From Halocafeteria seosinensis (taxonomy: Eukaryota), in NCBI GenBank assembly GCA_001687465.1, contig LVLI01000193.1, positions 1 to 55,671 of the forward strand: DNA of 55,671 bases, in the 5' to 3' direction. Shown here piece after piece: positions 1-13,125 of this stretch; within the stretch, counting starts at the first letter, position 1, and each line of letters starts with the position of its first letter. Made by a program: the position numbers and the translations under genes. Under the pieces are notes generated by a model. That model saw nothing but the letters and a program-made list of their open reading frames with translations. It made no database searches and was not told the DNA's origin.

Positions 1-2208
1 AATATCGGAGACCGTCAGCGAATCAACTGCCTTGCGAAGCATTGGATAAATGCCAACTATATGACCTCCCAATAGGCTATGACAGTTGTCTAGAAATCGT
101 TGAACATCGCAAATGTCAGGGTAGAATCTGCTTGGTAGACTTAACAGAGAGGGGATATCAACAGTCGAGGAACTGCCACAAAACTCAATAACAGCCAGTG
201 ATGCAGCGGATCCTGGACCACCATGACTCGCACGCACCACGCTCTCTCTGCCAATCTTCTTGTCTTGCGTTACAGCTTGCAACTGCAAGAAAAGCGATCG
301 GAATGCAACGCGTTGATCAAGCGTGGTGATCTGACCTATGTTCGTAAGATGCTGAATAAGTGCCCCAGTTTTCGTCCACTTGTAAACCTCATGAGCCCTC
401 CACGTGTCTTCCGAAGGACACAGGGTTCCATGATACACCTTCTGAGCTGCGTCCAAAATAACACTCCGATGCCTTCGGGAATAGGCAATAACTGGGTGGC
501 TGGTGTCGTTAAAGTAACCAGTCCTAAGACCCGGGCAGTCGTACCCAAGTAAATACGGTAACGATTCCCATAGTGATGGCTCATATATACCACTATAACC
601 ATGCGATGGTGCGAATGACAAACGCGCTTCGCCCGAAGTGCTTCCCTGCTGCTTCACGTCTCTGAAAGTTGAACTCCGCACACAATTCTCTACATCGCGA
701 GTGTATGATTGCAGCGCATGCTCCAACATAGAGCTCTCACCAACAAAACTCGAGAACAGCGGGTACAGCTTCATCCCAGTTGATGGCCGCAAATCCTTAT
801 ATAGTCGCTTTAGACGCTCGATGATATCCATTTCTCGGTTCCTCATCTCTTTATACCTGTTAGATATACGTTTTTCCAGGATACGGACTTGTTCCCGTAG
901 TTGTTCAGAGTGATCTACTCCGATTACGAGACCTTCTTCGGCCGCAAGCTCAGAATTGACTTCTTCGCCTTTCTCAAGCCGTACAGTCAGATCTAACGAC
1001 TTTTTCAATTTTTCTAAATGCTTCTCATTCCACGAGATCCTTCTAAGGATGTCTTGTAATTTTCTTGCAGTTGTTATAGCTGACTCGACTTTCTTCACGT
1101 AGTACCGCACAGCCGTGGAACTAAATGGGGTTGCGAAGTTCATCATCTGCAGTGAGCTATCGAGAGCCTTAGCTTCCTGTTCTAAACGGCGCAAGGCTTC
1201 CCGACAACCCTCGCCTGACATGATGATTGTACCCTCTTCCACACCCGAATTCATCCGAAAGCTTGAAGGGGTCGTTTGGTCCGCCGCAGCGAAAATATCA
1301 TTAACAACACCCAGGTCGGTGGCCTGTCGAGATTTGGGTCCAGGTGAGCGATCTGGTAGATGAATTAGGCTGGGATGTAACCGTCTAGTATGATGAAGTC
1401 GATGAGGAAGAGCTCGAGCTATTTCAATGCGCAATTCCATTAGCATTGCTATCCTTCTTTCATGTGTTGGCCAAGACTGCGGTACTTCTGGTAAAATACT
1501 GTTTCCACAGATCTTCGACAACGCGGTCATGGTGGAAGACACATGCACGGAGTCGCGTGATTCTGGCAACAGGGACGAATCATGGAAAACCCATGCCAGT
1601 CTCGACCGTATGAGAGACTGTGCTGGTTCCGGAAGTGATCGTAGTTTGGGCAGTAGTGCATTCCTAGCGTTGCTGCGGTTGGATGAAGCTATCATTCCGT
1701 ACTGCGCTTCTTCTTGACCTATTCCAGTCGAAGTAGTAGGTGCTCGCGAGGACTCGGCCACGGATACCAATGTACGTTCAAAGGCTGCCTTTGATGGTGC
1801 TGGCAGAAGTACATCGACAAGTGTGAGTATGTTGTTGAGTTCATCCGGTACCTCTTTATAAGAATCGGTCACTTGCAAAGGTTCAGGGACGACAACATTG
1901 TGCCAGTCAAACTCCGGCGTTGGTTGGGGTGTTGCTTTCTTCTTGGATATGCGTTCTTTTGTTCCGTAGTTTGGTTGGTTCGTATCCCCATTATTGTCAC
2001 TTCCAGTTGTTGTTGACTTCTTGCCCAAAGTCGAGCCTGGGTTCAACCTGTTGGCGTAAGGCCATAAACGGTGTCGCGCCGGATTTTCCCACTGGGGCGA
2101 TACGATCTTTCCATGAGCAAGTGTTCTTATGAGAGACTGCCCCGACACCCTCTGCCTCTGGAGCTGCCGTCGTGGGGCCTGTCGAGTTTCCCATACCCAC
2201 TTGCGCAT
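1..2208 (-). CDS. Hypothetical protein, >=736 aa, runs off the left edge of the window (3' end missing); central coiled-coil-like segment
   Basis: My own translation gives an uninterrupted minus-strand frame from ATG 2208 (MRKWVWETRQ...) to position 1. It is absent from the ORF track because it has no stop in the window. No family recognised. A spliced upstream exon is possible. Confidence 0.75.
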   Translation of the reverse strand, partial: MRKWVWETRQAPRRQLQRQRVSGQSLIRTLAHGKIVSPQWENPARHRLWPYANRLNPGSTLGKKSTTTGSDNNGDTNQPNYGTKERISKKKATPQPTPEFDWHNVVVPEPLQVTDSYKEVPDELNNILTLVDVLLPAPSKAAFERTLVSVAESSRAPTTSTGIGQEEAQYGMIASSNRSNARNALLPKLRSLPEPAQSLIRSRLAWVFHDSSLLPESRDSVHVSSTMTALSKICGNSILPEVPQSWPTHERRIAMLMELRIEIARALPHRLHHTRRLHPSLIHLPDRSPGPKSRQATDLGVVNDIFAAADQTTPSSFRMNSGVEEGTIIMSGEGCREALRRLEQEAKALDSSLQMMNFATPFSSTAVRYYVKKVESAITTARKLQDILRRISWNEKHLEKLKKSLDLTVRLEKGEEVNSELAAEEGLVIGVDHSEQLREQVRILEKRISNRYKEMRNREMDIIERLKRLYKDLRPSTGMKLYPLFSSFVGESSMLEHALQSYTRDVENCVRSSTFRDVKQQGSTSGEARLSFAPSHGYSGIYEPSLWESLPYLLGYDCPGLRTGYFNDTSHPVIAYSRRHRSVILDAAQKVYHGTLCPSEDTWRAHEVYKWTKTGALIQHLTNIGQITTLDQRVAFRSLFLQLQAVTQDKKIGRESVVRASHGGPGSAASLAVIEFCGSSSTVDIPSLLSLPSRFYPDICDVQRFLDNCHSLLGGHIVGIYPMLRKAVDSLTVSDI

Positions 2209-2745
2209 GGTGCCGGTGTCTCGATACACACAACACTTGATTCGCCGACCAACAAATTACGCAAGGACACGCGACAACGTGCCTGGTAAGCAGAATCAAC
2301 AGACGTGTTTTCGCAACTTCATGCACACCACACGCCTCGTACTCGTCGTACAAGCAAGCAATGGCCCCGGATCGACTTCACAAACTAAATCCACTCATGC
2401 AGCAGACAAAGATGTACGTACCCCTACGCAGTGTACACACATACACATACACAGGAAGACCACAAACCGGTCAATCCTTTTTCTCCGTTGACAATTAAAG
2501 CCCTACCGCTGGTAGCATAGTGAACGAGTGAGCCCGAGCTCATCCAGTTGGGCTGACACCACCACTGGTGTCCAAACTTCAATCCAACCGGGGAAAACAC
2601 GTCAAACATTTCGCAGACCTAGCACAGCACATTCATTCATCTGGAAGCAAGTCAGTGACAGTGATGATTTCTTTTGGAGGATTTCGTATTTCTATTGTTC
2701 TATGGAGAGTAGTCGTCTATTCCGATCTGTCGTCTGTTGTTACTG

Positions 2746-4979
2746 ATGGAGGAGAAAGAGGCGACGGTGGCTTTGCCGGTGTTGGAGACCCTCCGGACAG
2801 CCCAAGCCCAAAATGGTCTCAGGCACGAGGATTATAGGAGCTACAGGTACGTTTCACCGGCCTCATGAAAGTGAGAATGAAAAAGGGACACGAGACAACC
2901 ATGGTAGCTTTGTGATGCTTGTGCAGACAATACTGTAGCCGTCGTTTGCGTCGAATTCGGACGGGGAAACAGATTAAACTCACCCATGGCAAGGGCAGAG
3001 CGTTTGTCCCCAAGCCCATTACCAAAGACATTGTCTCGGATAAGAGACACCTGGAGCTCTTGCTCTTCAATGCGGAGCGGGCTTGGGCCTATGCCTTGCA
3101 GCTGAAAAATGATAACGGACAGGAAGGAATGCCACCGCGAGCTCATCACCATATGATGAAGCGTCTGAGAAAAGCCTTCAGCTGGGCAGAGACTCTCCGG
3201 TCAATCGCCCACGAAACGGCCACTCCGGAGACAATACTGGAAGCAGAGGGATACGTCAGTTATTTGTACGGTGTCATTGCGATTGAAGAAGAAGCATGGG
3301 TGGACGCAGCCGGCTCCTTTGCGGCTACCATCAAAATCTTTGAGACACTTAAGCCCCAACAGAATGGTCCAGCCCTTCACGCTTTTAGTGGTTTTTTGAA
3401 TGAAGTGCAAGCAAATCTAGCATTCTCCAGGCGTGAAGCGAATCGACAAGAGATGAAATCCGAATGTAACAAGGCTATCAAGGACGAAGAGAAACGGAAA
3501 GAGGATCTCATCGCGACGCAAATTGGACGTAAAGCTATCAGCGCTTCAGAATCGGCCGAGAAGACAGACGAAGAATCTGGCGTTCAACAGAGGAAAATCG
3601 AATCTCGCATAAGCGTCAATCGAATCTTTTTCGGAGACAGATGGTTTGACGTGACGAGTCCAGAAATTCGGAAGGCCCTACAGAAAGCACAGAAAATGGA
3701 CATGCAACTATTACGCGAACAAGAGCGAAATACTGTTGGCCAGCAACAAAGCGGTGGGCTCTCATCGGGATCTTTATCGCAGAATGAGAAAATATATTTG
3801 GATACGTTGTCGGCCATTGATGATGCCGTTAGGAAGGTGCAACATGAGAAAGAAGATATAGGTACTGCAGAAGCACTAACCTCATCCCTGAAAGCAACGA
3901 AATTTGAACTCATGCATCAAAATGTGATTGGTGTATTTGGAACGGCCTGGAATCTTGTCGAGAGTAATTTGACTGTAAAGAAAGGATTAACTCAACCGAC
4001 ATCACGCAGCGCAGACAAGCAGACGACCCAGACGCGTCAATCTATAGAGAGACTTCTTGGACTCTGTCACCGAGCTCAAAAGACGTTGGATGAAATGAAT
4101 TCAATTTGTGAAAGCTACTCGGGGGGTTCCAAAGCCGTATTTAGCTACTCTTCGGTGATTCACGCGCGCAAGGCTTCGATCGAAAGCATTTCAGTGTTCT
4201 GTCGGGCCATTGCTTTCGCCCACCATGCCGCAACGTGCATTAGTAAATCGTTGGATCCCAATGAATCAAATAATTCCAGGAAGCAAAATGTAAAGCAAGC
4301 AGAGCAGAATGCGTCCCAAGCAGTTGCTCTTTTTCAGTACACCAACGAACAATTCGCTAACGCCGTCACCGCGTGGAGCAATATCGACGTCAAGGACCCG
4401 GGTAATGCCATCTTTGGTAGCGTGTCTGAGGCTGAGGACAAAGAGTTGGGAAGCGAGGCTCTCAAATACTATCAAACCAAATGTGGGAAATTCGAACTCG
4501 CCACGCAGTACTTGATGTCTATCTTTCAACATCAGACCAACGACGGTGGGCCGGTACTATTCCCTTCCGACGCATGCTTACCTTTTGGTGTCCGTCTGGA
4601 TACCAGTTCCACAGATGTCTCCGTTGGTAAACGCCTGCAAACCGAGGGGCAGCGTACACGTCCCATTTCGCTCGTCCAGAGAGTCGCTCCCGAAGTGGCG
4701 TCCACGTTTGACCCTTTTACAGATGTGGACTATCTTGCCCCCTCTAAGCCTCATGCAGAGCCGGTGCCCTCAAAGCCGTTGCACTTTGATGTGGCATACA
4801 ACTTCTTAAGCAAACCCGATTTATCCCATCGACAAAGCGCTCCTCGACAAACCGGAACACAGGCTGCTCGTCCGCCTCCTGCTGCTGCTTCATCAACTCC
4901 GGCGCCTCGTTCGGAGGAGGATGAAGAAGCCGGAGGAAGCGTCTTTTCGTCTGCACTCAGCTGGCTCACTGGCCGATAA
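2746..4979 (+). CDS. SRP68: Signal recognition particle subunit SRP68 (2 exons: 2746-2846, 2927-4979)
   Basis: The spliced N-terminus AQAQNGLRHEDYRSYR|QYCSRRLRRIR matches SRP68, as do LFNAERAWAYALQLK, HHHMMKRLRKA and the C-terminal PVPSKPLHFDVAYN...SWL. GT-AG intron at 2847-2926. Confidence 0.93.
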
Positions 4980-5321
4980 TTCTGTCGAGTATAGATCCTT
5001 TTGCTTTGTTTTGTTTTGTTGATTGCATCTGATGTTTGAATAATCGCACCACACTGAGCATACAGTAGTACACTTTTCCAACTTCACAGCGGAAGTTGTT
5101 CACAAGTCTCGTCTATAGTATTCCCCTCCCTGACCACTGTATCGATTTCGTGTCGGTGAAGCCCGCTGCACATATTTAGGTTCGAAATAGCGTGTATCCA
5201 CCTGTATCAGCATCTATTTTATACAAGGACATTGATATCGTCAGATTGCGTGTCTGACACCCGGTCGTCGGATCCCCCTTGAATTCCCTTTTTGTCGTTC
5301 TGGAACAGCCCATCATATCAT

Positions 5322-7536
5322 ATGGACTCTACAGGAGGCGCAGCAGCCGGGGAGGCTGTGGATGAGTACACCAAGTACAACATTCCCGAGAAGGGCGAAG
5401 ATGGTCAGCCTCTGAGCAAGAACCAGCGCAAGCAGATGCTCAAGAACGCCAAGAAGGCCGAGCAAAAGGCGAAAAAGCAGGAAAAAGTGCAGCAAAACAA
5501 TGTGCCCAAGAAGGCCTCGTCCAAGGCCGCCGAGGAGGAGGAGATGGAGCCCTCCAAGTACTATGAGAACCGGACCAAACAGGTCCTGGACATGCAGAAG
5601 AACGGGCAGAACCCCTTCCCACACAAGTTCTCCGTCTCCATGAAAATTCCCGACTACGTCAATGCCTACGACCATCTCCAAGCAGGGCAACATGACGAGG
5701 GCATGGCACTCTCTCTGGCGGGACGAGTGATGAGTATGCGCACGGCCTCCAACAAAATGCAATTCTACGACATCCACGGCGATGGCTCCAAGGTCCAAAT
5801 CATCTCGCAAATCCAACATTGGAAGACCCCAGAGGACTTTGAACAGGCAAAGGAACAAATCCGTCGCGGAGACATTGTCGGAGTGACAGGGTTTCCAGGG
5901 AAATCAAAGCTGGGTGAACTTTCACTGTTTGCTACCGACATGCAACTGTTGTCTCCCTGTCTGCGAATTCTCCCCAAGCAGTACAATGGACTGCGTGATC
6001 AGCAAGCGCGCTACAGGAACAGGCATCTCGATCTCATCATGAACCCTGGTGTCAGGTCCACATTCGAAATTCGTGCGAAAATCATCAATTACATTAGGAG
6101 ATTCTTGGATGACCGTCAGTTTATCGAAGTGGAAACGCCAATGATGAACATGATTCCCGGTGGAGCTACGGCGAAGCCGTTTATCACACATCATAATGAG
6201 CTTGACATGGACCTATATATGCGCATAGCTCCAGGTAAGGTGTTGATTTGTGCATTGCCATGACTTCGTTGGTGTCTTGATCAATTTTCGGTCCTCCAAC
6301 TCTAAACAGAGCTCTACCTAAAGATGCTAGTAGTGGGTGGAATGGATCGTGTTTACGAAATTGGACGGCAGTTCCGGAATGAAGGCATTGATCTTACCCA
6401 CAACCCCGAATTTACCACCTGTGAATTCTATATGGCCTACGCTGATTATCACGACTTGATGTGTATCACGGAGGAAATGCTCGCGGGTATGGTGAAGTCC
6501 ATTCACGGCACCCATGTCATCACCTACCATCCTGAAGGTCAAGGGGAAGGAAAGCCATCCTATGAGATTGACTTTACACCTCCTTTTAAGAGGATATCCA
6601 TGATAAAGGGTATTGAGGAAGCTGCGGGATTCAAGATTCCAGAAGACCTCTCGTCCGAGGAGACTAGGGAACTCCTAGATCAGAAGGTCAACGAGTTTGA
6701 GGTAAGAGTCATGATACTAGTGGGATAGACTGGTGTATGCTGTAGTAATTTCCATGTTTGCGCCCGTGGTTATTGCAGTTGAGCTGCCCGGCCCCTCGAA
6801 CCACTGCTCGCTTATTGGATAAGCTGGTCGGGCATTTCTTGGAGGATAGCATCACCAAGTAAGTTTCCCGCCACTGTTCTACGAACGGTAAATGTTTTGT
6901 CGCATTACTGATCTGTTTCTATCCAGTCCAACGTTTATTATTGACCATCCCGAAATTATGTCACCTCTGGCCAAATATCATCGCCATTCTCCAAATCTGA
7001 CAGAGCGATTTGAACTTTTTGTAGCTGGTAAAGAAGTTTGTAACGCTTACACAGAGCTGAATAATCCAATCGTTCAGCGCGAACGATTTACAACACAAGC
7101 GAAGGACAAAGCTTCTGGTGATGATGAAGCTCAGATGCACGATGAAACATTTTGTCACGCGATGGAATATGGACTACCGCCGACTGCAGGATGGGGTGTT
7201 GGGATTGATCGCCTGACAATGTTCCTTAGTGATAAGAGCAACATCAAAGAAGTTTTACTTTTCCCAGCCATGCGGCCGGATGAAGGTCGCGAGACAAGTC
7301 ATGACCAAGACCACAGCTCCCCTGAAGGCCTTACCGCTCTGGAAAAGCGACTATCAGATGCGAAGGACGAACTGTTCCTGCACGGGAATGATCCCACCCA
7401 TGAGGATGCGACAGCATTCAATGCAATCAAAAACGCGCATGGACTAGAGGGGCCACCCAGTTCGTTTCCTCTTGTAAAGCGGTGGTTCGACCAAGTCGCC
7501 GCATTTACAGACGAAGACCGGAATTCATGGCATTAG
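5322..7536 (+). CDS. KARS1: Cytosolic class II lysyl-tRNA synthetase with a C-terminal GST-C-like extension (4 exons; introns 6235-6309, 6702-6778, 6859-6926)
   Basis: Motifs [41 protein letters not shown] (across an intron), [37 protein letters not shown] and [12 protein letters not shown]. Three clean GT-AG introns restore the frame. Confidence 0.97.
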
Positions 7537-7973
7537 TTCATAGAGTGTTGAGATAGCACTATGTCATCATAGTTTCGCACTTTATGACTTTTGCTTATTA
7601 TCCAGCAGCAACCCAAAACGAAAACAGGTGAAATCGGATCGATTGAATCGGCAAATTCCTTGAACTACGCGGTGATTATGTTCGTTAAACCAATGGAGAC
7701 ATTCCAGACGGAAGTAACTCGAACGCATTTATCAAAACCCAACACAAAAGCAAGTAAACGAAACCAAAAACGACTTTCAAACGCACTGAATAGTAGATAG
7801 TGTAATAGAAATAGATTTAAGTATCCTTCATAGCTGTCAAATCGGTAGCACATGAAATTTTTTCGGAGAAAGTCAAAATTGTGCACACTAGCTACTTACC
7901 GACAAGCACCAATCTTATTGGCATTCAGAGAATTCGGGCCTCATGCTACATTAACTCAAGTCGCGTTGGGGGT

Positions 7974-10900
7974 TTAATCAAATTTTTTAGCCAATCGATA
8001 GCAACTCTGTTCCCATGTAAAGGGTGTGGAAATCAGCAGCACAAGAGTTCGAAACCGATGTACCATCATACACACGAACTGGAACACTATTACCGCAGTA
8101 CAAAACCCCAGGAATATGAAGCCCACAATGTTGGCATGAAACAATCGCATTTTCGTACTAAGCGAAGCAATTGCGACTGTCAACGGAAATATTAGATTCA
8201 CCAAGGTGATACCAGTCACCATTGCGTTTCGTAGACTGTTTAAGTCCTCCTGAACCCCATCTTGGACGGACGAAGTGCTATTGTCTGATCTGCTTTTCAA
8301 GATATTCCGGCGAAGTCGTTTTCTCCAGTGTCTATGGAGAAGTAATCTAGCTTTTGGAAGAGCCTTTATGATTTCTTCAAGATAAAATTGCGGTACGTGG
8401 ATCTCGTCTGGTGCGGATACCACACTGCTCAGTTGGTCCCGTGGAAGGTATCTAAATTTGGATCCTTCAACAGCTACGCAAAACGACGACTCTGGCATTT
8501 CTCTCTCATCTTGCACTGCACTCATGTAATTATAACCGTGCGAATGATTGGCATGACAACTAAACCGTTACAACGTTACTCACAACCCCTGGTTTTAAGC
8601 TTGTTCGTGCAATAGACATCAACTTCTGCTATGTTCTTAGCCTGGATAAGGAAAACACGATCGGGATACATGTGCAACTGGTCTTCTATGGTACTCAAAT
8701 GTTCAGAATGGTTTTCTGTGTCGCCTTCCACGTTGCAAACTTTCCTTGGATCTGCAAACGGGTACTGCGTGGTTCCCTTGAGTGGAACTCTAACCGACAT
8801 TCTTGTGCCCCAGCTCTTCACATTCATGTTAGCTGCGAAATACACAATAAGTCGCATTCAAATAGAGCTACAACAACGACAACATAAAATGCTTACTAAA
8901 CGCGTATAGAGGTACAACTAAATATCCCATCGGTATAAGGAAAAGGAAGATTATGCCAGAGAAAACTAGCTGCAAGTCTCGAGGGTGGACAATCATGCTA
9001 GCAACAAATACCCCTGCCAACACGATGAAGAATATGTCACCGATGTAGAGACCGTCCACTGATATAGCGAATCCTACCATCACCACAACAAAAAGAACAA
9101 TGTAAAGCACGCTCATAATCTTTGCCATAAAAAGCTGCTCCCGTCCAACATTCGTTACACTCGTGCCGCCTGAGAACTCTTGGTTTACCGGGTTTTCAGC
9201 ATTTCCAGCAGTATCATTGTTCACATGATTTCGACCATCAAACATTTGCTCTGCCACTGTTGATCCACTAGCCCAATGAGCTGCGTTGCTGGAGTTAAGT
9301 GTCGGAGCAGTTCCAGGTGAATCGGTATTGTTTAATCCCTCCGGCATTTCTTGTTCGCCACGAGAGGGAGTCCTTCTGCGGAAGTCCTTCGAACTTTCTG
9401 CGTCCACCAAGAAGGGTTGAGCATCTACATAACCCAGCTGCGCGTGACGCCGTGCTTTCTCGTTTCCGTTGCGGCAGTTTTCAGGGTGCCCACATTGGTG
9501 ACCGTTGGTCCTAAACAAAACCCATCCAATAAGCAAGCGGAGGAAAAAGGGAAAGAAGTAACGCAGGCCCCATCCCGAGGTGCAACACCGGTGAAAACCC
9601 ACCGGCTACTAAAAGTATTATGGTAGATGGGATCAACATACTTAATGTTAGCGTTACCAATATATACGCTCGGTAAGACAACGGTAACACTGCGGACTGG
9701 TGGCGCTGCTCCACACGAGGTCCTGCACGCATTACATCCCATGTATTGAACACAGTAGAGGGTAACCAACGCCTGCGCTGCTCGAAAAAAGCACTGAAAT
9801 TAAGAGGTGCAAACGTGTGAGCAACCGCCGCTGCATTATACCCAAGCTTCCACCCAGCGCCTATGGCCAGCGTGCATAGCCACCTGTCTTCTCCCTGCTC
9901 TTGCCGAAGGAATTCGGCACCATTCTCCGTAATCGAGGAAAAGGTTTCTAGAACCTTCTTCAATGTTTGCAGACGCCACATGCTAAAGCAGCCGGGGCAG
10001 CACAGTACAGTACCAAGCACGTTTTCCGTACTCTTCTGAAACCAGTGTCCTGCTGCATATTCAAATTGCTGATAAGGGATCATGTATCCGTTTCCGATAG
10101 GACGAATCCGACCACATGTTCCTCCCAAATCGGGATCACAAATCTGCGGCCAAAACATTGGTTAGGAAACAGTCACATGAAGTTGCTAAAAGTTCGTTTG
10201 AAGGTTTGCGAGAATACTGACTAAGCTATCCCGAAGCCTGGCAACATCCTCAAAGTGGAAAATAGTATCTCCATCGGTGTTCAGAACAAACGTATTCGAT
10301 TCAGGGGTAACTCCCTTCCCCAAGTACTCACGCAGTCTTCTTTCGCCAAAGAGAAAATGGTTCAATAATACTTGGCTCATTCGCTTCCCCTTTTTAACTT
10401 GCTCACAATCCTGTAGAATTGATAAGAACCGTGTTCCAAGATGGTCTTGGAATGCCCGGGTTAGCGTACCTTGAGATGGATGTAAAACCAAAACTGACTG
10501 CTTTCCTCTTTGCCAGAGTCTTCCTCATTCATACCTGTACCCTTATCATTGGAATGTTTCTGTACAGAATTTTTATTAAGTCGGAATAGATCGACCTCCA
10601 TCAATGCTCCATAGTCCGTCATTTTTCGGCTCTCAAAAAGTTGCGTATCTAAGTCCTCTACGGAGAACTGCCTGTTCGTAAGCTCGAGTAACTGCTCTAC
10701 ATAACCATTTGCTTGTCGTTCTGTCAATTGAGATCCGTCAACGTCTGATACTCGGTAGAAGGCATCATCGACGACGACATGCGCTTCATAGCTTTCTCGC
10801 TTGCCTGCTTTGGCTTTCTTCCTTCTGCATATAAATGCTCCATGAATAATAGGAAAAGTACAAAGTGGGAAGATACATCAATACCTTACACGGTTTGCAC

Positions 10901-13125
10901 GAAACTGGCAAGAGAGTCCAGCCAGTTGCTCATTTCTTCGTCCGACTCGTGCCACATACATGAAGTTACTATAACATGAACTGGCACTTCTCCTGTTACA
11001 AGGGTAGGTACAGGGCAATCTGCAAACTCTTGCAGGTCTGTTGTGGCGTGAGAGTATGTGTCACCGCTATCAGAGTTTGAGCCAACGCCCATCTTATGTG
11101 ATGGTGCTTTATCTCCTCTTGTCAACATTATCGACTCCGTTAGCACTATTGTCGACAAAAATGGCTGATACCATAGCGTATCCGATTTTGGTAAAGCAAC
11201 ATTTGTTTCGTAAGCGATATTTCTGCATATCCATATCTGCAAAGAACCGAAGAACACAATACAAGGGAATGAGAGGGAATTGTCACGCAAACTGGCAGTC
11301 GAGAATCTGCCTACCTGAGGCACGTAGAGCAATGCGAAGATAGCCCAAATAGTTCCGAACTCTGCATAATTTGAATCCACCTCGGACCACTGGAGGGGTC
11401 CAGGGAAGACGTTGTATAACGAGAATCCTACTGCAAACTGACACGGCCAGGAGAGAAGAAGCGACGGTACCAACCCAAACAAATTCATCCGTGAGCTTCC
11501 AAATAAACTCAACGTCAGCATAGAGGCTAAAGATGAGAACGTGTGTGTTGCCGCCAAGGCCATTTCATCGCCTTTAACAAAGCTGTAGAAATTGAACCAA
11601 ATCGAGCCGTTGAAACAGTGGCAAGGAGTTACAATAGGAGACAATAGCTCAGCAAAGTAGCCATTGTACACGAGTGCACCTGACAAAAGCAATATCTCAA
11701 CAAAGAGGCGAACAGCAGCCTTAGTATAGCGGCTTTTGCGGGATACCATCTTGAGAGCATGCTTTGGGCTACGGTCACGGAGGAGGCGGGTTCGAGTAAT
11801 GAGGCAACCACCGTTAAGAAACAATGGAAATAGTAACCCTGACCAATGGACTCGATGCTTGCCTTCCCGCCAGGCGAGTAATGAAAAACCGGTGAGCAGT
11901 AGAATAGAACAGAATGTGTCCCCTAGCAACCAAACGATCCGTAAGCCTGTCAGGTAGCTTGAGTAAGCTCTTTGCCATCTTCCTGTAGGAGCAATACTAA
12001 TACACACTCTGAAAGCTGTGGAAACTAGCGTCGGCACCAAGGGTACCAGCATCACCTCTAAGGCGGTCCATACCCATGGTTGTGATGGAACCGCAACAAA
12101 TACAAGCAAGTAGTCTCCCATTGCTGCAATAGCCCCATCCAACATTACCTGTCATGAGAGCAAAATACATACGTCATGTACAGTATCAACATAATGCGAG
12201 GTAAGTACTGCGGGATACGCACTACTGGTAAAGCATCTCGAGCGCATTTCTCCCGAGCGCACCGGAATAGAACGAGGAAACATTCGCATATCTTCCTTCT
12301 CAAACGTGAAAGCATACCTGAGAGCATTTGGTTCCGTCACCTTACCATACGGAATCCTCGGTCAACACGAGATAGACGTACATTTGCACTTGCTCAAGCA
12401 GGACTGTATTCGTGAATATCTACTCAGTATATCATCTTCCGACTCCCAGGACTGCCTTTCGAGCTCTTCCCCGGATCCACGATGCGGGTGTTCTACTGGA
12501 GTGAAGTTGGTACCTGGAAAATAGGCGCCATCGTCTTCCTGTGGAGTCTGGTTTCCCTCGCGTATATCGCTTGTAGAAGCAGTCGCCAATCTATTAGATA
12601 TCCGCCCGCAGCAGCGAACAGCGAGGCAATACAGGAACTGAAGGACAAGAGGAGCTAGTACCGTCCATGTCATAGCTACGTAAATGTGGCACATATGTTC
12701 ATCGGCTTCCCCTGTTAGCAAGCGCGTAGCATTATTCGGATTCTCACTGTGCAACGCACTCTTGACATGTCCCTGCTGATTCAGTAGTTGGAACTCGTGT
12801 CCCAAAGCGAACAACGAAAATTGTGAGCTAGTCAGGCAAGCAACCAGAAAGGGAATCCCGAGCAAGTATCCAAAAGCTCGTCCGCACACCGGAGCATGAT
12901 GGTCGAGACACCTGGTGTAGCAATTGTCAACAGGCTTGTGTATATTGCGGGAGAGCTGATCAAGGCCTGCGCCGCCGAAATACCAGTACCGTAGGTTAAG
13001 TGTCCGCGTCCGACACGCGTAGCTGCGCCGAGGCACGTACCTGAGTTATGATAGGACGTATCAGAATCACCCGTAGAGGTCGAGGACAACCTCTGTAACG
13101 CTGCTGAATGCCGTTGGGAATCCAT
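7974..13125 (-). CDS. CHS: Chitin synthase (GT2) of the animal/division-2 type with an N-terminal multi-TM region; about 9 introns and one apparent 1-nt frameshift at 9521-9523
   Basis: Spliced motifs in order: SCMWHES, AHVVVDDAF, HLKD..KKGKRMSQ, TDGDTIF, GTCGRIRPIG, YQQFEYAAGHWFQKSTENVLGTVLCCPGCFS, QGEDRWLCTL, FEQRRRW, NMNVKSWGTR. The track ORFs join through GT-AG introns, e.g. 12967-13040, 12318-12381, ~10411-10469 and ~8833-8896. Confidence 0.93.

Noticed and set aside
7974..13125. Fragmented chitin synthase ORFs as a heavily decayed pseudogene or an alternative genetic code
   Set aside because: All junctions but one are explained by canonical short GT-AG introns, and other genes read normally in the standard code.
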